From: the human T2T-CHM13v2.0 reference genome, Homo sapiens | NCBI RefSeq assembly: GCF_009914755.1 | Contig: NC_060932.1 | Reading direction: 5' to 3' (one strand) | Length of the DNA: 64,000 nt | In this document: positions 14,009 through 27,850 of the stretch, piece by piece | Numbering within the stretch: the stretch's first letter is position 1 | Layout: each line of letters begins with the position of its first letter | Notes under the pieces: generated by a model | Databases searched by the model: none | Seen by the model: only the letters and a program-made list of their open reading frames with translations | What the model was told of the DNA's origin: nothing | Translations under genes and position numbers: made by a program

Positions 14009-15384
14009 TCCAGGTGACTGCCTCACTATGAAACAGTTCCAAGTATAAAGGGATTAGGATATGATGCTGATGTTGGGATTGCATTTACTGAGCTATCTAG
14101 GTGATTGACTCCAGGCTCTCTCTCTGATACTGAGAACATGCCTTGGCATATGTTCCCAGCTAACGTTTGAGAAAACTCATTTTCGGAGGAATAATTTTCT
14201 GTTGTTTGTTGCTGGGAGTTGGGCAGAATATCTCAGGTAGTGGAAGGAGGATACTGCACCACACAACTCATAGAACTGAATTGATACAGATAGATGTTGT
14301 CAGCATTTCTGTGCAAAAACAAATGTTTCAAAGTTTTGAGGTCTCAGCACTTTTCCAGGCACAGCATTCTGGATCTTGGCACACAGATGACTCTCAGTTT
14401 GAATAGAAAATGCTCACCTTTCTTTTTGCTAGTTTTATTCCAGAGCCAATCTCTTTATAATAAAGAAAGCAACTGAAAATGGAAAACTCACTGAGCTTAA
14501 AGCAGCCAAAGGAAAAATATGTGCTCATTTTAAGTTTTTTCTTTTGCAACTCTTGGCCAAATAGGTTTATTTTTAAATACTTTTCACAATTTACAAATGT
14601 TTGCCTTAGGACTTTGTGTAATGGCATTGGTTTTATACAGCTATTACAGTTAGGGTGAAGAGATTTTCTTCACAGAGATGGTTTTGGAAAATGTCTCATC
14701 ACACAAGTGGTAAGTGTAGTCGCTGTAATTGTATTGAAGAAAAGAAATGACTAATGGGAATCACAAAATTGTGAAATTGATGATCATTTCTGTTTTTATT
14801 GCCTTTATTTTAAACATAATAGTGACAAAGTCTGAAACAATATTTGGAGATTGCTACATATTTAAATATTTAATGCAACAAGCATCCCACTTTATTATAG
14901 GAGATAGAACATCGACTGTGCCTAACCTAAATTACTTTTCCAGGGGGTTTTAGTGGATTATTTTCCTATTAAAAAAAGGGGAAAAAAGAAAAGAACAGTC
15001 TGGTACAAAGTATAGGTGACGGCTTCAGCTTTGTAATTACCTATTAATTGATATCTGTATATAAGTATAACAAATAAAGTTTTAAATACTGAAAATGAGA
15101 TGAGAGATACTAAAGGAAACAATTTCCTGAGAAGTATTAGGTTAGACTGTACAAATGTAAAAAACATGTCAACAACCTGGCAGCAAGTAGTCTTGAGACC
15201 TTGAAGTTCAATGAGAGCAGATGAATTGTCTGCTCTTTTAATAGTAATAAAAACTATCTAAGGCAAAATTTTGGCATGTAACTTAAGAAACTTAAAAAGT
15301 TTCTCATGCTTTAAGACACTTTGATTTTATTAGATCTAGAATGAGGTCTGGGAATGTATATTTTTATAAAGCTCCACTGGTGAC

Positions 15385-15825
15385 CTGGGTCAAGTTTTGC
15401 AATACAGAATTTGAGGCAGATAATATTATGTAGGAGGTAGGAGATTTATTGGGGAGTGCTAGAAGTACCAATACCAGTGGGGGAGTGAAAAAAGCATGTC
15501 TGTAGAGCAGAAGAAGCTGGACTGCAGAGCAGTTGCAGTAGAATCCCATCTGATCCTAAGGAGCCCTGGAGCTGGCATTCCAGGCCCTGGAGAGTTGTCC
15601 TGGAATGAGGCAAGGAGGAGGGGTTTGTACCCTTGCATTCATCAGTCATGGGATACAGGATGCCCCAGGGAGTGGGTGAAAACTTGAGGGAGATAGCTCT
15701 TTCCAACAGAGGGTAGTGTCCAGAGAAGGTCTGGTTATGAGGTGTCAGAAGCCAACACTTGCAATCATTGGACGAATTTCAGTCCTGAAGTTGTTTCTAG
15801 GCAGTACACCAGTGTGTCCATTACA
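15385..15825 (-). mobile_element. ERVL-class solo LTR (LTR16-like)
   Basis: 'gatttattggggagtgct', 'gagttgtcctggaatgaggcaagg', ends 'tgtccattaca'; subfamily from memory. Confidence 0.65.
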
Positions 15826-15904
15826 ACAGGCTATTCTTATGATTGAAAAACGATTGTCTAAGGGGTTGTTGGGAAGAAGTACTTGGACTGGAGGGTAGGC
15901 AAGG

Positions 15905-16055
15905 AGTATTTATCTGTTTCTTAAACATGTACGGAGTGCCTACTATGTATAGGTACTAGAGACATAAACATGAAGAGATAAGTTCCCTACATTTAAGGAG
16001 CTTACCATCTAGTGGGACTCAGATATGTAAATAAATAATTAAAACATAATTGTCA
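15905..16055 (-). mobile_element. LINE-2 3' fragment
   Basis: 'gagtgcctactatgt', 'aaggagcttaccatctagtggga'. Confidence 0.7.
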
Positions 16056-16156
16056 AAACAGGAGGGTATGTGGTATGTGCATGTTTCCAGGTTTTAAAAA
16101 AGCTTTACTTCACAAACAAAAATGTTCTGTTCATTCTGCTTATTTTGATTTGATAG

Positions 16157-16188
16157 ATTACAGCTCGCAGAGCTAATATTCTCTTAAT
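16157..16188 (+). CDS. Candidate 32-nt internal coding exon (ITARRANILL + AT) of an unidentified host gene
   Basis: Acceptor 'ttctgttcattctgcttattttgatttgatag', donor 'AT|gtaagt', retained CpG, only one frame open, lies in non-repeat DNA; no host gene identified. Confidence 0.4.
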
Positions 16189-16488
16189 GTAAGTTTCTTC
16201 CCCTTCACAGATGTTTTTCCATCTCCTCTAATTTCTCATCGTTCTGTGATGAGACAACCAGAGTCTTTAAAAAATAAATACTTTGCTTTTCTATGATTAA
16301 ATGGTTTGATGAAAAGTAAGCCATAAGCATAAAGTGCTAAATAGAATAAACCCCTGGCACATAAAATGGGTAGGTCCTGATATCCTCTTTCAATTCTTCA
16401 AATGTATAGGTAGATACTGATGCCCTGTCTCAACTGTAGTCAATTACACTATATATTTTCCTCTATAAAATGTATCACTGGCCACGTT

Positions 16489-17264
<776 letters not shown>

Positions 17265-18464
17265 TTATTTACTACATAAAAATGTTACGTAGTATTCATA
17301 TTTATGTTTGATTGCATCACTTTTTTTTAAACTTTTGGCTCAAATATTGGTAGTTTTCAAGGAACTTTTCTGCAGCATTATATGAATATGATGACAAGTA
17401 GAAAAACCAAAAGGGTGCATCAATGTATGAAAGCTGGTGTGTTAAATTGTTATCATCATTAACAATTCACTGCTGCATGCTAAATTCATAGCTCACACAA
17501 TTCAATTTATGCCTTATAAAATTACAAACTATTACAAGTCATGGACTTTAAGGTTGCTCACCAAGTTATCAAGAAGGTCAAAGGTAAATGCAACTGTACT
17601 ATTCTATGGTAATTTTTCACAAATCCCATTGATTCTTGTTTATGATACTATTTCATAAAACTCAGGGTCATATAATAATGTTCTGTTTCAAAACATGTTG
17701 GTGTATTTCAAGGTCTCAGAAAAGGTATTGAAATTTTTTGGTGAGCCAAAGAGAACAGGAAAGATGATGTTTTGTCTGTAAATTCCATGTTGACTCTGAG
17801 TTAGAAGAGACTCTAAGGGTCATCTGGTTCTGGGCTGTTAGTTTTGAGGTAATAACGTTTTCATTTACAAAAAGAACATTGGTAAAGTAATAAAAGCTTA
17901 TTTTTGTATATATACTTATTTACGCACAGATTATACATGGGAAAAATGGTGCCCAGGCAGTTTGCTTTCAGTGATATATGTTAGGTGAAGGTCAGGAATA
18001 ATATTGACATAAGTAAATATTGGAATAGAAGGCAAGACTTGGAGGTGGGATTTAAACAAATAAACAAAGTTTTTTTTTTCCTTTTTATGCTACTTTGCAG
18101 GAAGGTCATGTCAAAATTAAAATAGATTCTGCTTTCTACCTTGGCAAGTAACATGTATTATGCCCACTCACATGTAGGTCTTATCTGCTTTGGCAAATAC
18201 TTACAGAAGAAAGTGTAATTTGGAAAGAGAAGAACATAATGATATTAGACAAAATAGGGTCACAAAAATTTACAATTGGAAAATGATTTGTAAGTTAATA
18301 AAATTACCTAGAGCCAGATTCTACTGTCTAAATATACCACTGAATGTAAACAAGCTTTTGCTGAGCTAGTATAGACAGGTTTGAAAAACTTGGTTTTCTC
18401 CAGTACTCACTCTTATCAAGGAGGAAAAAGGCCCAGAAAAAAAATTCTGAAGAGTATTTTTGTA

Positions 18465-19150
18465 TCATTTACTTATGCCCCATCTTTTTCTCAAATATAT
18501 TTAAGACAGTTTATCAGAATACATACTATGTAAGAAAATAACATAAATAAGGAAATCAGGGCAAACAGAATGTAAGGTTTTGAAAATGAAAAAGGATCTG
18601 GGGAATCTGAGGATAAAGTTAACACAAAAAATGCTTGAGGATCTGTTCATCTGCTGAATGACGGTTACAAATCTGTAAATATTCTGATAGCCAACTCTAA
18701 GAGAAAAACACAGTTATTTCAATGTTTATAGTTATCCTGGAGGAGCCCAATTCTTTCTCTAAGTGGGACCAGAGAAAAATTTCCCCTTTGTCCTAAGAAA
18801 GAATTCCTACGGAGTATAGGGTAATCAAGAACTCATGAAGCTGTGTGTCCTGTAATGCCCCTTAAGTAGTTAGATGATTGCAGGCCAAGAGCAATACAGT
18901 CAAACTGATTTTACCAGGAAGAAAAAGCAGTCAGTCCAAAAACAACATTCTTGTGGTTTGATTAATCCAAAATTGGTTAGATTCAGGAATGGAAATCTGC
19001 ATAGACTTTAGGCAAACCTCAATAATTATTTCTGTAACCAAGATTCTGATAATTGTTGAGGAAGTAGTGAATTCAAGCTTATGCTCTCTGTACTTCCTGA
19101 CAAATCCTTGGAGTGCATCACTGCTATGTTGTTAGTGCGTGTGGACCCAT
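18465..19150 (-). mobile_element. Possible very old LINE relic (L4/RTE-X-like)
   Basis: 'tttacttatgccccatctttttctcaaatatatttaagacagttta' resembles the L4 3' terminus as I recall it; weak. Confidence 0.35.
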
Positions 19151-19329
19151 ATGCCTTTGATATTTGCCAGGCTGGGGATATAAATGACATATAAAGATGT
19201 TCTAATGAGGGCTACTCACTCTCTTTTCTCTCTCACAGACACATTCACTCATGCCCATGTATATACAGATAATCATATAGACATATATACACACACATAA
19301 CTATTGAATAATTTGTTGTTTAAAAAATA

Positions 19330-20242
19330 TGTTTCAAATTAATGGGGAAAGATAGATTGGGGAACAGATGGGCGTCAGACAATTTGCTATCAATTTGGCT
19401 AGAAATCAAGTTAGATTCCTATCTTACAAGATATGCAAAACATAGAAGGATTATAAAGTCAAATTAAAAAACAAAGTATTAGAAGAATATATGGAGCATT
19501 TTTATACTCTTGCAGTAGGGAAAGATGCTCAGAGCAAACATGAAATCCAGATCCCATAAAATAAAAATACGAAGTACTTAGGCAAAAACCAAGAAGAAAT
19601 AACAAACTTTGGTAAGACACAAATGATAGTAAATGTATAAAAGTCAATATAAGTAAAATTAAAAGAGAAGTGATAAACTTGGAACATGTATTCTAAACAT
19701 ACAACATGAAGAAGCTTAGTATCTATGATTTTTAAAGAATGTCAAGATATTAATATACAGGAAAAACAGCAGAATAGAAAAATGAGTAAAGAACATAGTT
19801 TTTTTCTTTTTGAATTAATTGAATTTGAAACAGCGGTTTTTCTCCTTCGAGGAGTAGGACTTTTCACAAAGCTTCAGTGGATTGTTCTAAATACTGGAAA
19901 TGATATGGAGAAGCACGTCTCATCTTTCTGGAAAGCGATTTGGCAATGTATATCAAACCTTAACATTACAAATGAGCAGACCCAACAAATGTTCATATAA
20001 AACTCACACCTAAAAATATACCAGACATGAAGGCAAAGCTATATATACAAAGGGTGTTTACAGAAATATTATTCTTATGTCAAGTGTGGAAAATACCAAC
20101 CGAAGTCCACATGTCCAACTGAAGAGGAATTAGGCTTTAACGATTTAAGAAGATATCATGAAACTATTAAAATTATGTTTAATGTTAATTATATAGGAAA
20201 ATCCTTGAGGTAAAGTTTTAAAAGTAGGATACAAAATTATGT

Positions 20243-20275
<33 letters not shown>

Positions 20276-20460
20276 TTTACAAAAACCAAAATATATGTAT
20301 GATATGTATTGTTTTACACATGGAGAGATATAAGTATACACATTATAAATACAAATTAATACTTTTGGTCATACAGGATGTCTCTGTTTTTTGAAATACA
20401 TTTTTCAATAGTTTTGACATTTTTAGCCATAAGTATATATCAATAGTGTTATTTGAAAAA
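19330..20460 (+). mobile_element. Old L1M (L1ME-like) ORF2 3' part and 3'UTR, containing (CA)n at about 20245-20273
   Basis: 'aatggggaaagatag', 'aagttagattcctatcttaca', 'tttctggaaagcgatttggcaat'. Confidence 0.7.
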
Positions 20461-20689
20461 TATTTAAACAGAACATAACTCAGTTAATATATATGTACTA
20501 AATAAATTTATAATTTTTAAGGGCAGAAAAGCATAAATATTTCAGGAAATTCTGAACTAAAACACAGTTGAAAACTTCTAAGACTCTATATCAATATGCA
20601 ATTGCAATGTTAAATAAAATAAAGATGTTAGCAAATAGCACAATAGTAGTTGGCATATTGGAACTAGAATTTCATCACGTTATTTGCAA

Positions 20690-20825
20690 GACATCTAATA
20701 TGAGTCATTTGACCCAATATTTTCCTTGTCTTACTCTGGGATGATGATACCTCTGTCATGGGGTTGCTGTGAAGAGTCAGTAAGATGTAATCAACCAGCG
20801 AATGTTAGGTGCTCAGTACATTTTA
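20690..20825 (+). mobile_element. MIR fragment
   Basis: 'ggggttgctgtgaagag', 'taggtgctcagtaca'. Confidence 0.55.
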
Positions 20826-21232
20826 ATTCTTCATCCTCTTTCTCTTTTTCCTCTCAGCACAGATACCAGATGTAAAAATGTTATTTATTTTTTTCCTAGC
20901 ACTAGTAAGGAGTTGAAAGTTTTTTTCCATAAAAACAGTGCCCAGTTCTTGGTGATGACAGCAGGGAGACCTTTCTCACTCCTCTTCAGGGTGAAGGTCA
21001 GTGGGTTCGTTCCAGTTCATTGACTGGTTGTTCACAGCTGACGTTATCACGATTAGACAATGCTTTGCCTTACCAATTATTTAACGTAACTGTGCTTCTG
21101 TCTTTGCTCATAAAAACTCTGGTTTGGATACTTCACTCATTGAAAGCAGCAGAGGCAAATCATCAGGTATATATACAGCTTCAATGCCTAAGATATTGGG
21201 CTACTTTTGCTAGTTAGCCTGTGGTCCAGTAG

Positions 21233-21250
21233 CCGCCCCCACGCCCCACC
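21233..21250. promoter_or_regulatory. Tandem SP/KLF GC-box motif
   Basis: ccgcccccacgccccacc with two intact CpGs in AT-rich unique DNA; function inferred only. Confidence 0.3.
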
Positions 21251-21314
21251 ATCTATTTTTGGAACGTATACAAATGGAGAAAGATACATTAGGTTCCTCC
21301 ATTTTAATCTAGTT

Positions 21315-22230
21315 ATTTTTTTAAAAAAATTATAAGTATGAATTTTAGGCTGTAAGTGTAATTTTGTTAGATGGATAGATTGTGTAGCATTAAAGTCAGG
21401 ACTTTTAGGGTAGTTACCATCCAAATAACATATATTGGCCAGAGACAGTGTCTCCTGCCTGGAATCCCAGCACTTTGGGAAGTTGAGGCAGGTAGATTAC
21501 TTGAGGTCAGGAGTTCAAAACCAGCCTGGCTGGTCAACATGGTGAAACTCCATCTCTACTAAAAATACAAAAATTAGCCGGGCATGGTGATGCGCCCCTG
21601 TAATCTCAGCTACTCAGGAGGCTGAGGCAGGAGAATTGCTTGAACCCAGGAGGCAGAGGTTGCAGTGAGCCGTGATTGCACCAGGCCACTGCACTCAAGC
21701 CTGGGTGTAAGAGTGAGACTCTGTCTCAAAAAACAAAAAACAAGTATATTGTGCCCATTAAATAATTTCTCATTATTTATTCCTCTCCTATGTCCCCACC
21801 CTTCTGAGTTTCTATTGTCTATCTTTTTATACTCTGTGTCCATGTGTATGCATTATTTAGCTCCCACTTGTAAATGAGAACATGCAGCATTTATGTTTCT
21901 GTGACTGACTTGTTTCAATTAAGACAATGGCCTCCAGTTTCATCCATGTTGCTGCAAAAGACATGACTTTATTCTGTTTTTTTTTTTTTTATGGCTGAAT
22001 AGCATTCCATTGTGTACCTATTACATTTTTTTTTCCCAGTCATGCACTGATGGACACTTAGGTTGATTCCATATTCTTTGCTGTTGTGAGTAGTGCTGTG
22101 TTAAGTATACAGGTGCAGGTATCTTTTTGATATAAAGATTTCTCTTCCTTTGGGAAAACACCCAGTAGTGAGAGTGCAGGATCAAATGGTAGTTCTTTAA
22201 ACTCTCTAAGAATCTTTACAAAATCCTGCC
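21315..22230 (-). mobile_element. L1PB4-like 3' end, interrupted by an Alu
   Basis: 'aagtcaggacttttagggta', 'ctcccacttgtaaatgagaacatgc', 'ggatcaaatggtagttct'. Confidence 0.85.
21437..21743 (+). mobile_element. AluS nested in L1PB
   Basis: Full dimer with A-rich tail; flanking 'tatatt' repeated. Confidence 0.95.
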
Positions 22231-22888
22231 ACTGTAGGTATAAAACAATATGTGGTCTCACTTAGAATAAAATGGAGACATTTTAAGAATGTGTTGTTTG
22301 AATCCTGGCCATGTTCTTTCCCAGAGGCTACAGTTTGGTGTAGTTCACTGGATGTGCCTGTGGACACTGAACTTGACTGGCTATTGGATTTCTGACTCCT
22401 GGAAGATTTTGAGGAGTTGCAGCTCTTGTTCTCTTTCATCTCCCACCCATCTCCAGAAAAGTCCAGGTTACACCTGTGGAAGGGTTACCAGCCAGAGGAC
22501 AGAGTGTGAAGGCTTGCCTGGTAATGGCAAACCCAGTTGCCATCCACATGTCATACTTTGCACCATGTCCCTGATTTGTATGGGTTCTGTACATGTCACA
22601 GTTTCTAAGAGTGAACCTCTCTGCCCCCCCGCCCACATGACTCTGCTGTCAGCTTTCCAAACAATGAGAGGACAGCTCCTTTGAAAGATGTAAGTTTTCC
22701 ATTCCGAAAGATATAAATTTCCTGGTCCTGCAGAGGCTAGAAATACCTCTTGTTTGGGTCACTGGACTCGGGCTAGGTGATCTGCAAGATCTTACACAAT
22801 GCTACTCTAATATTTCCTCTGTCTCCAGCTGTTTCATGACTCCATCCCTGCCATGTGTGTGCCTTACCATCTTTTTAAGCAGAGCACA

Positions 22889-23170
22889 GGCCTGGGCAGT
22901 GGCTCATGCATGTAATCCCAGGCTTTGAGAGGATTGCATGAGGTCAGGAGTTCAAGACTAACCTGGGCAACATAGCAAGACCCCATGTCTACAAAAAATT
23001 AAAAAAAAGCCAGGCATGGTGGCGCGTACCTATAGCCCTAGCTGCCTGGAAGGCTGAGGCAGGAAGATCGCTTGAGCCCAGGAGTTCAAGGCTGTAGTGG
23101 ACCATGATCATGCCACTGCACTCCAGCCTGGGTGACAGAGTAAGACCTTTTCTTACAAAAATAAAGAAAT
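22889..23170 (+). mobile_element. AluJ with a small left-arm deletion
   Basis: J diagnostics 'gggcaacatagcaagacccc', 'gatcgcttgagcccaggagttcaaggct'; TSD agagcacag / agagtacag. Confidence 0.92.
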
Positions 23171-24599
23171 AGAGTACAGATTGTAACTGGCAACAGTGAG
23201 TCTGTCTCCTCCCTTTCCTCGGGCATCAGAGTCAAAAGAATGACAATAACATTTGCTATAATTATTTTAAGTTTTTTTAAATGATATGGCCCACATATAG
23301 AAAATAATTATCATGTTGTCTTCTAAAGGATTTGATTACTAGAATTAGATAACTGATTTCTTTCTTTCAAAAAGTGGAAGCTTTTTTTTGTTTGTTTGTT
23401 TTTGGTTAACTGCATTTTAAATTTTAGGAACAAGTAGATTCTTCTTCAGTCTTAAACTTCAGCACCTGCTAAAAATAAGGATTACGTATTAAACATTATA
23501 TTTTCCCCCAGTTTTCTCTGGATGTTACTGCAAAAATTTACTCACTCTCATTTGGATCACAGGGGCTGATAAATGTGTGTGTTTCCAGATGCTGCACCAG
23601 GACTGAACCTGTGGAGTAGGAAATGATTCTACCTTAGATACACATACCCTCCTCTCCTGTTTTTTTATTCTAAGTCTCCCTAGCCTCTTAGGTTTTTGTT
23701 TGTATTACCCTCCCTCTTTCCTGCTTCCAGCCATCCCTATTATGACTCTAAGGGTCCCATGAAAGATTAGGTCATCTGTGATGCTGTCAGAGGCCTGGAG
23801 AAGTCCTCCACCTATGTGTGCGTCATGGACACCTGGACACAGGCTAAAAGCTTCTTGAGCAACTTGGTAATGGCCTTCTGAAAAAAAATGCGCTCAGCCA
23901 ATGTATTACTAATTCTACTGGGGGAATTTCCAAGTCAATTTCTGGGGACTGAGAGTGGTACAGAAGGATGAGGGTGTTTAGGTACACTTTAAATTCACAG
24001 TGTATGATGTGCCCTGACCACCCCCATCCTCCACACACCCACTACTTACTCCTAAAACAATTTTTTCTAAGCCAAAAGTGGTTTATGACAAATTGTATGT
24101 TTGCAGATTTGGAGTCTAAAGAGGAGTAGATTTATTTAAGGGCCATATTTAGTGTTAGTAAAAGCTACACTTACTATGCTAATTGCAACTTAAATTAGAG
24201 CTTTACCTTTATCACCAAAAAAAACCCCACTGTCTTCCCTTGATGTTAAATTGTAGGAATTTAAAGTAATTTAAATTTCTATTTTTTCTACATTTCCGCT
24301 TTTTGTATCTGTACAATATGATTATACATGTGAATGGTTAACAAAAACTGTATACTTTAGTCTTTAAGTGGAACCTCAGTGCAATATTTTGTAGGCATTA
24401 AAAATGATAAGCACTTTCATCAGACTATTAGTTTTCATTTTGTTGACTTTGTTTGTTTAGTTCTTTGTGGTATACCCTGTAGTTATAATGAAATGATGTA
24501 AATCTATATATTTGCCAACACATAGATGTATTTCTTTTTAACTTAACTTTTTAGCATTATGCAGGAACTGCTGCTCACTCGCTAATTATCCCACAGCCT

Positions 24600-25332
24600 C
24601 GCAAGATGGCATCTCCTGTTTTCTAGCAGATCAGGATCAAAACTTTGGAATCATTTCTCTTTCTCTTACACCTCATATCCCATCCATAAGAAATTCTCTG
24701 CATGTATCTAGAACTTGGCACTTCTTACCACTTTAACTGCTACCATCCGTCATCTTTTGCCTGGATTATTAAAATAACCTCACATCTGTCCTTTTCTTGC
24801 CATTTTATCCTTTATTCATTAGCCAGAATGAGCCTTCTAAGACTGTAGTCAAAAGTCATACAGCTCCTTTACTCAAACCCTCCATGAACTTCTGACCTCA
24901 TTCAGTGTAAATTCCCAAGGTCCTTACCATGACCTTCAATGCCCTTTATCATCTGGTCTATTAATGCCACCTGACCTCTTTTTCTACCACCGCCCTCAGG
25001 TCACTCTGCTTCAGACATAGGGGCATCACTGATGTTTCAGAAGCACTGCAGAACCCTTGCACTAACTGCTTCCAGTGCTAAGAATGAGCTTACTTTGTAT
25101 AAGCATGGCTTAATTCCTTACTTTCTTTGGTTTCTGTCCACATGCCACTTTCTCAGTGAGGCCTTCGCTGACTTCCCTGCATGAGCTAGAATCCACTCTG
25201 CACCTGGCAGTCTGGACATTCTTACCTTGGCTTATCCTCTATTATCCTAGAGATGTCTGTCTTCATCCCCAACACCTAGAACAGTGACGGACACATGATA
25301 GCTACCTCATGATTATATTTGAATGAATAAAT
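24600..25332 (+). mobile_element. LINE-2 (L2a-like) 3' part
   Basis: 'aaaactttggaatcat', 'tctcagtgaggcctt', 'acctagaacagtg', terminal 'tgaatgaataaat'. Confidence 0.8.
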
Positions 25333-25399
25333 CTTTAATTATCCATAATTGGGTAGTAGACCCAATCTTGCACAGGCAGCCAAGAAACAAAACCAAGAA

Positions 25400-25545
25400 A
25401 AAAAAACTTAGTTTCTATGTAGACCTGCCACTAACTAGACATACTTCCTTTTGCAGGTGTTTAACATCTCTGAGTCTCAAATGTCTCAAGTATTAAAATA
25501 CAATAGATTGAACTAGACAATTTCAAAAGTTCTGCTTGCTCTAAT
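25400..25545 (+). mobile_element. MIR fragment
   Basis: 'ctgccactaactag', 'ttaacatctctgagtctca'. Confidence 0.55.
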
Positions 25546-26039
25546 AAAATACTTTACACGAAGTAAACACAATTCCACTGATGTTTGTTCAATATTTTCT
25601 ATGGCAAGGCCATTCCTCATTATATATAACTCAAGTAGATAAGTAGCAGTTGTTATTTGTCATATGTATGTATGTACGTACACACACATGCACACACAAT
25701 TCACCCTCTCCCACAATATCACTGTGTTACACAATCCTCAGTCCTATTACCTCTGAGACCCATTGTAAATAAAATGTAAAATCTTTAGAGCATGTTGGAC
25801 AAATACATGGTTTTGGTTCTGCCTCTTTCCAGTCGCAGACATCACTGTGAGATTATAGAACTCTTTCCATCTAGGCCAAGACTGGGTCTAAGAATTCTTC
25901 TCAGACTTCTAGGAAAGATATCAAACTTATTAGAGTTGAAACTAGAGATGTAACATAGATTTTATTCCAGGTTTTGGGTATCTGAGAGCCTAGAAGTGGT
26001 GTGAGATAAAGAATTTGATACACCTTCTCCAGTCTTTTT

Positions 26040-26346
26040 GCTTGGTTTTCCTTCAATTCATCCTTCCAAACTCATTGTAGATACCACTTCTCCTAGGATT
26101 TTTCCCCAAATCCAAGACTGTGTTATGTGGCCCTTGTTATCTGATTACCTAGGGCCCTGGTCTCAATTACAGAATTATTATGTTGTAATTTCTTTTTAAT
26201 TTTAACTTGACTGCATCATCTACCTGACTGTGTTCTCTAGAGGTTCAGACCAAGAATTGCATTTTGAAGACTGAGAGCTGGGCCTGACACTTACTAGGGA
26301 CACAATAAATGTTGACTTATTGAACAGATAAATGAATGAATGAATG
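26040..26346 (+). mobile_element. LINE-2 3' end
   Basis: 'caataaatgttgacttattgaacagataaatgaatgaatgaatg'. Confidence 0.65.
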
Positions 26347-27410
26347 ATGCCCAGGATAGAATATTTGGTACTGCTGTCCTGTCTAGCACATTTCTCCAAG
26401 GTAAAATTATCTCCCACATATGACAAAAATCTACCTTTCTCTTGGTTAAATCCCTTAGTAAGCTGCCTATCAGAGAATTTGAGGGTTAACTCATTCTTTT
26501 AGAATAATGTAAATAACTTGGATGGGAGCAGGCTGTATGCTTTAGGTCAATTAGACCACCTTCTCATGCCTGAGGGAAATTGTCCCTTAAGGTCTGTTCT
26601 ATGGCACCTAGTCCCCTAAGATTTGACAAGAAAGCGTTCCACAGTTCAATATATTTGGAAAACATTGCTCGCTGGCCTTTCCCCTTGAAATCTGGCCATG
26701 GACATTAGCTTATTAGAGATTCTGAGTCATCTAGTAAAGAATTCTGTTTAATTTTTTTATAGCTAGAATTTTTCATTTCTTTTGAACTTAAGGATAATAT
26801 TCAACATTATATATATTAACATTCTACTGGACTAATGCTTTAGGAAACAGAGTTTTACACACATAGAGGCCATTTAATAGCTTTAAATAACAGTGTAGCA
26901 GCCATATGGCAGTGAGCAGATTGGATTTGGAAAGGGGTAAAACCAGTAGGGAGGATGTTGCAGAAATCTAGATGGAAGAGGATGAGGCCTATAACCAAAG
27001 TCCTCATAGCGGCCATGGAGAAATGAAAACGTTTATGCAAGAAACTGATCTCGTTACTGAAAAGTCTTTTGCAAGAGTAACTAAGGTGGTTAGAGAACAG
27101 GAGGTTGGTACTGTAGTGCTTTCCCTCTTCTGCCTTTCAAAGGTAAGAGCTTGACTTCGTTTTTAAGCCAGCAGGGGTTCTTACATAGCTGAGTGTCTAT
27201 CACTACTTAATGCATGTATAATGCCCTGCTGTACTGATATTCATGATAAAAATCAAGGTATTTACAGTCAATTATAATTTCTTATTCTCAAAGCATACAT
27301 TGATTTTCTTAAACTAGGCTTTTCTGAACTGGGTATGATAATACACATTATTATCATACCATTATTAGGCCTCTCTTTCCAGGTCTTTCAGTGAAATCTG
27401 TGTGTGTGTA

Positions 27411-27850
27411 TGTATGCATTTCCTAAGGCTGTTGGTGCAAAGAAACACAAACTGGGTGGCTTAAAAACAACAGAAACCAAAATCAAGGTGTTGGCAGGGC
27501 CATGCTCCCTGTGGGGTTCTGGCAGATCCTTCCTTGCCTCTCCCTGTTTTCTGGCCATGTCTGTCAATCCTTGGTGTTTGCTGGCTTGTAGCTGCAATGC
27601 TTCAGTCTCCACCTCTGTCATTCGATGGTGTCTCCCTGTATGTCTCTGTCTCTCTCTGTGTACACATTTTCATCTTTTTGTAAGTACACCAGCCAAATTG
27701 GATTAAGGGTCTAACCTACTCCATTATGAATTCATCTTAACTAATTACATCTGCCACAAATTTATTTCCAAATAAGGTCACATTCTGAGGCACCGGGGGT
27801 TAGGACTTTAACACACCTCCTTTGGGGGCCCAATTCAACCAATAACTACA
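27411..27850 (-). mobile_element. MaLR solo LTR, MLT1C-like
   Basis: 'aaactgggtggcttaaaaacaacagaaa', 'aaggtgttggcagggccatgctccct', 'tttccaaataaggtcacattctgagg'. Confidence 0.85.

Noticed and set aside
18070-18155. Strong acceptor 'tactttgcag' with a short open frame
   Set aside because: No adequate donor downstream
22206-22689. Overlapping ORFs (131 aa +, Ser-rich 77 aa -) with acceptor-like 22324 and donor-like 22690
   Set aside because: No recognisable homology or codon character; cannot be distinguished from chance
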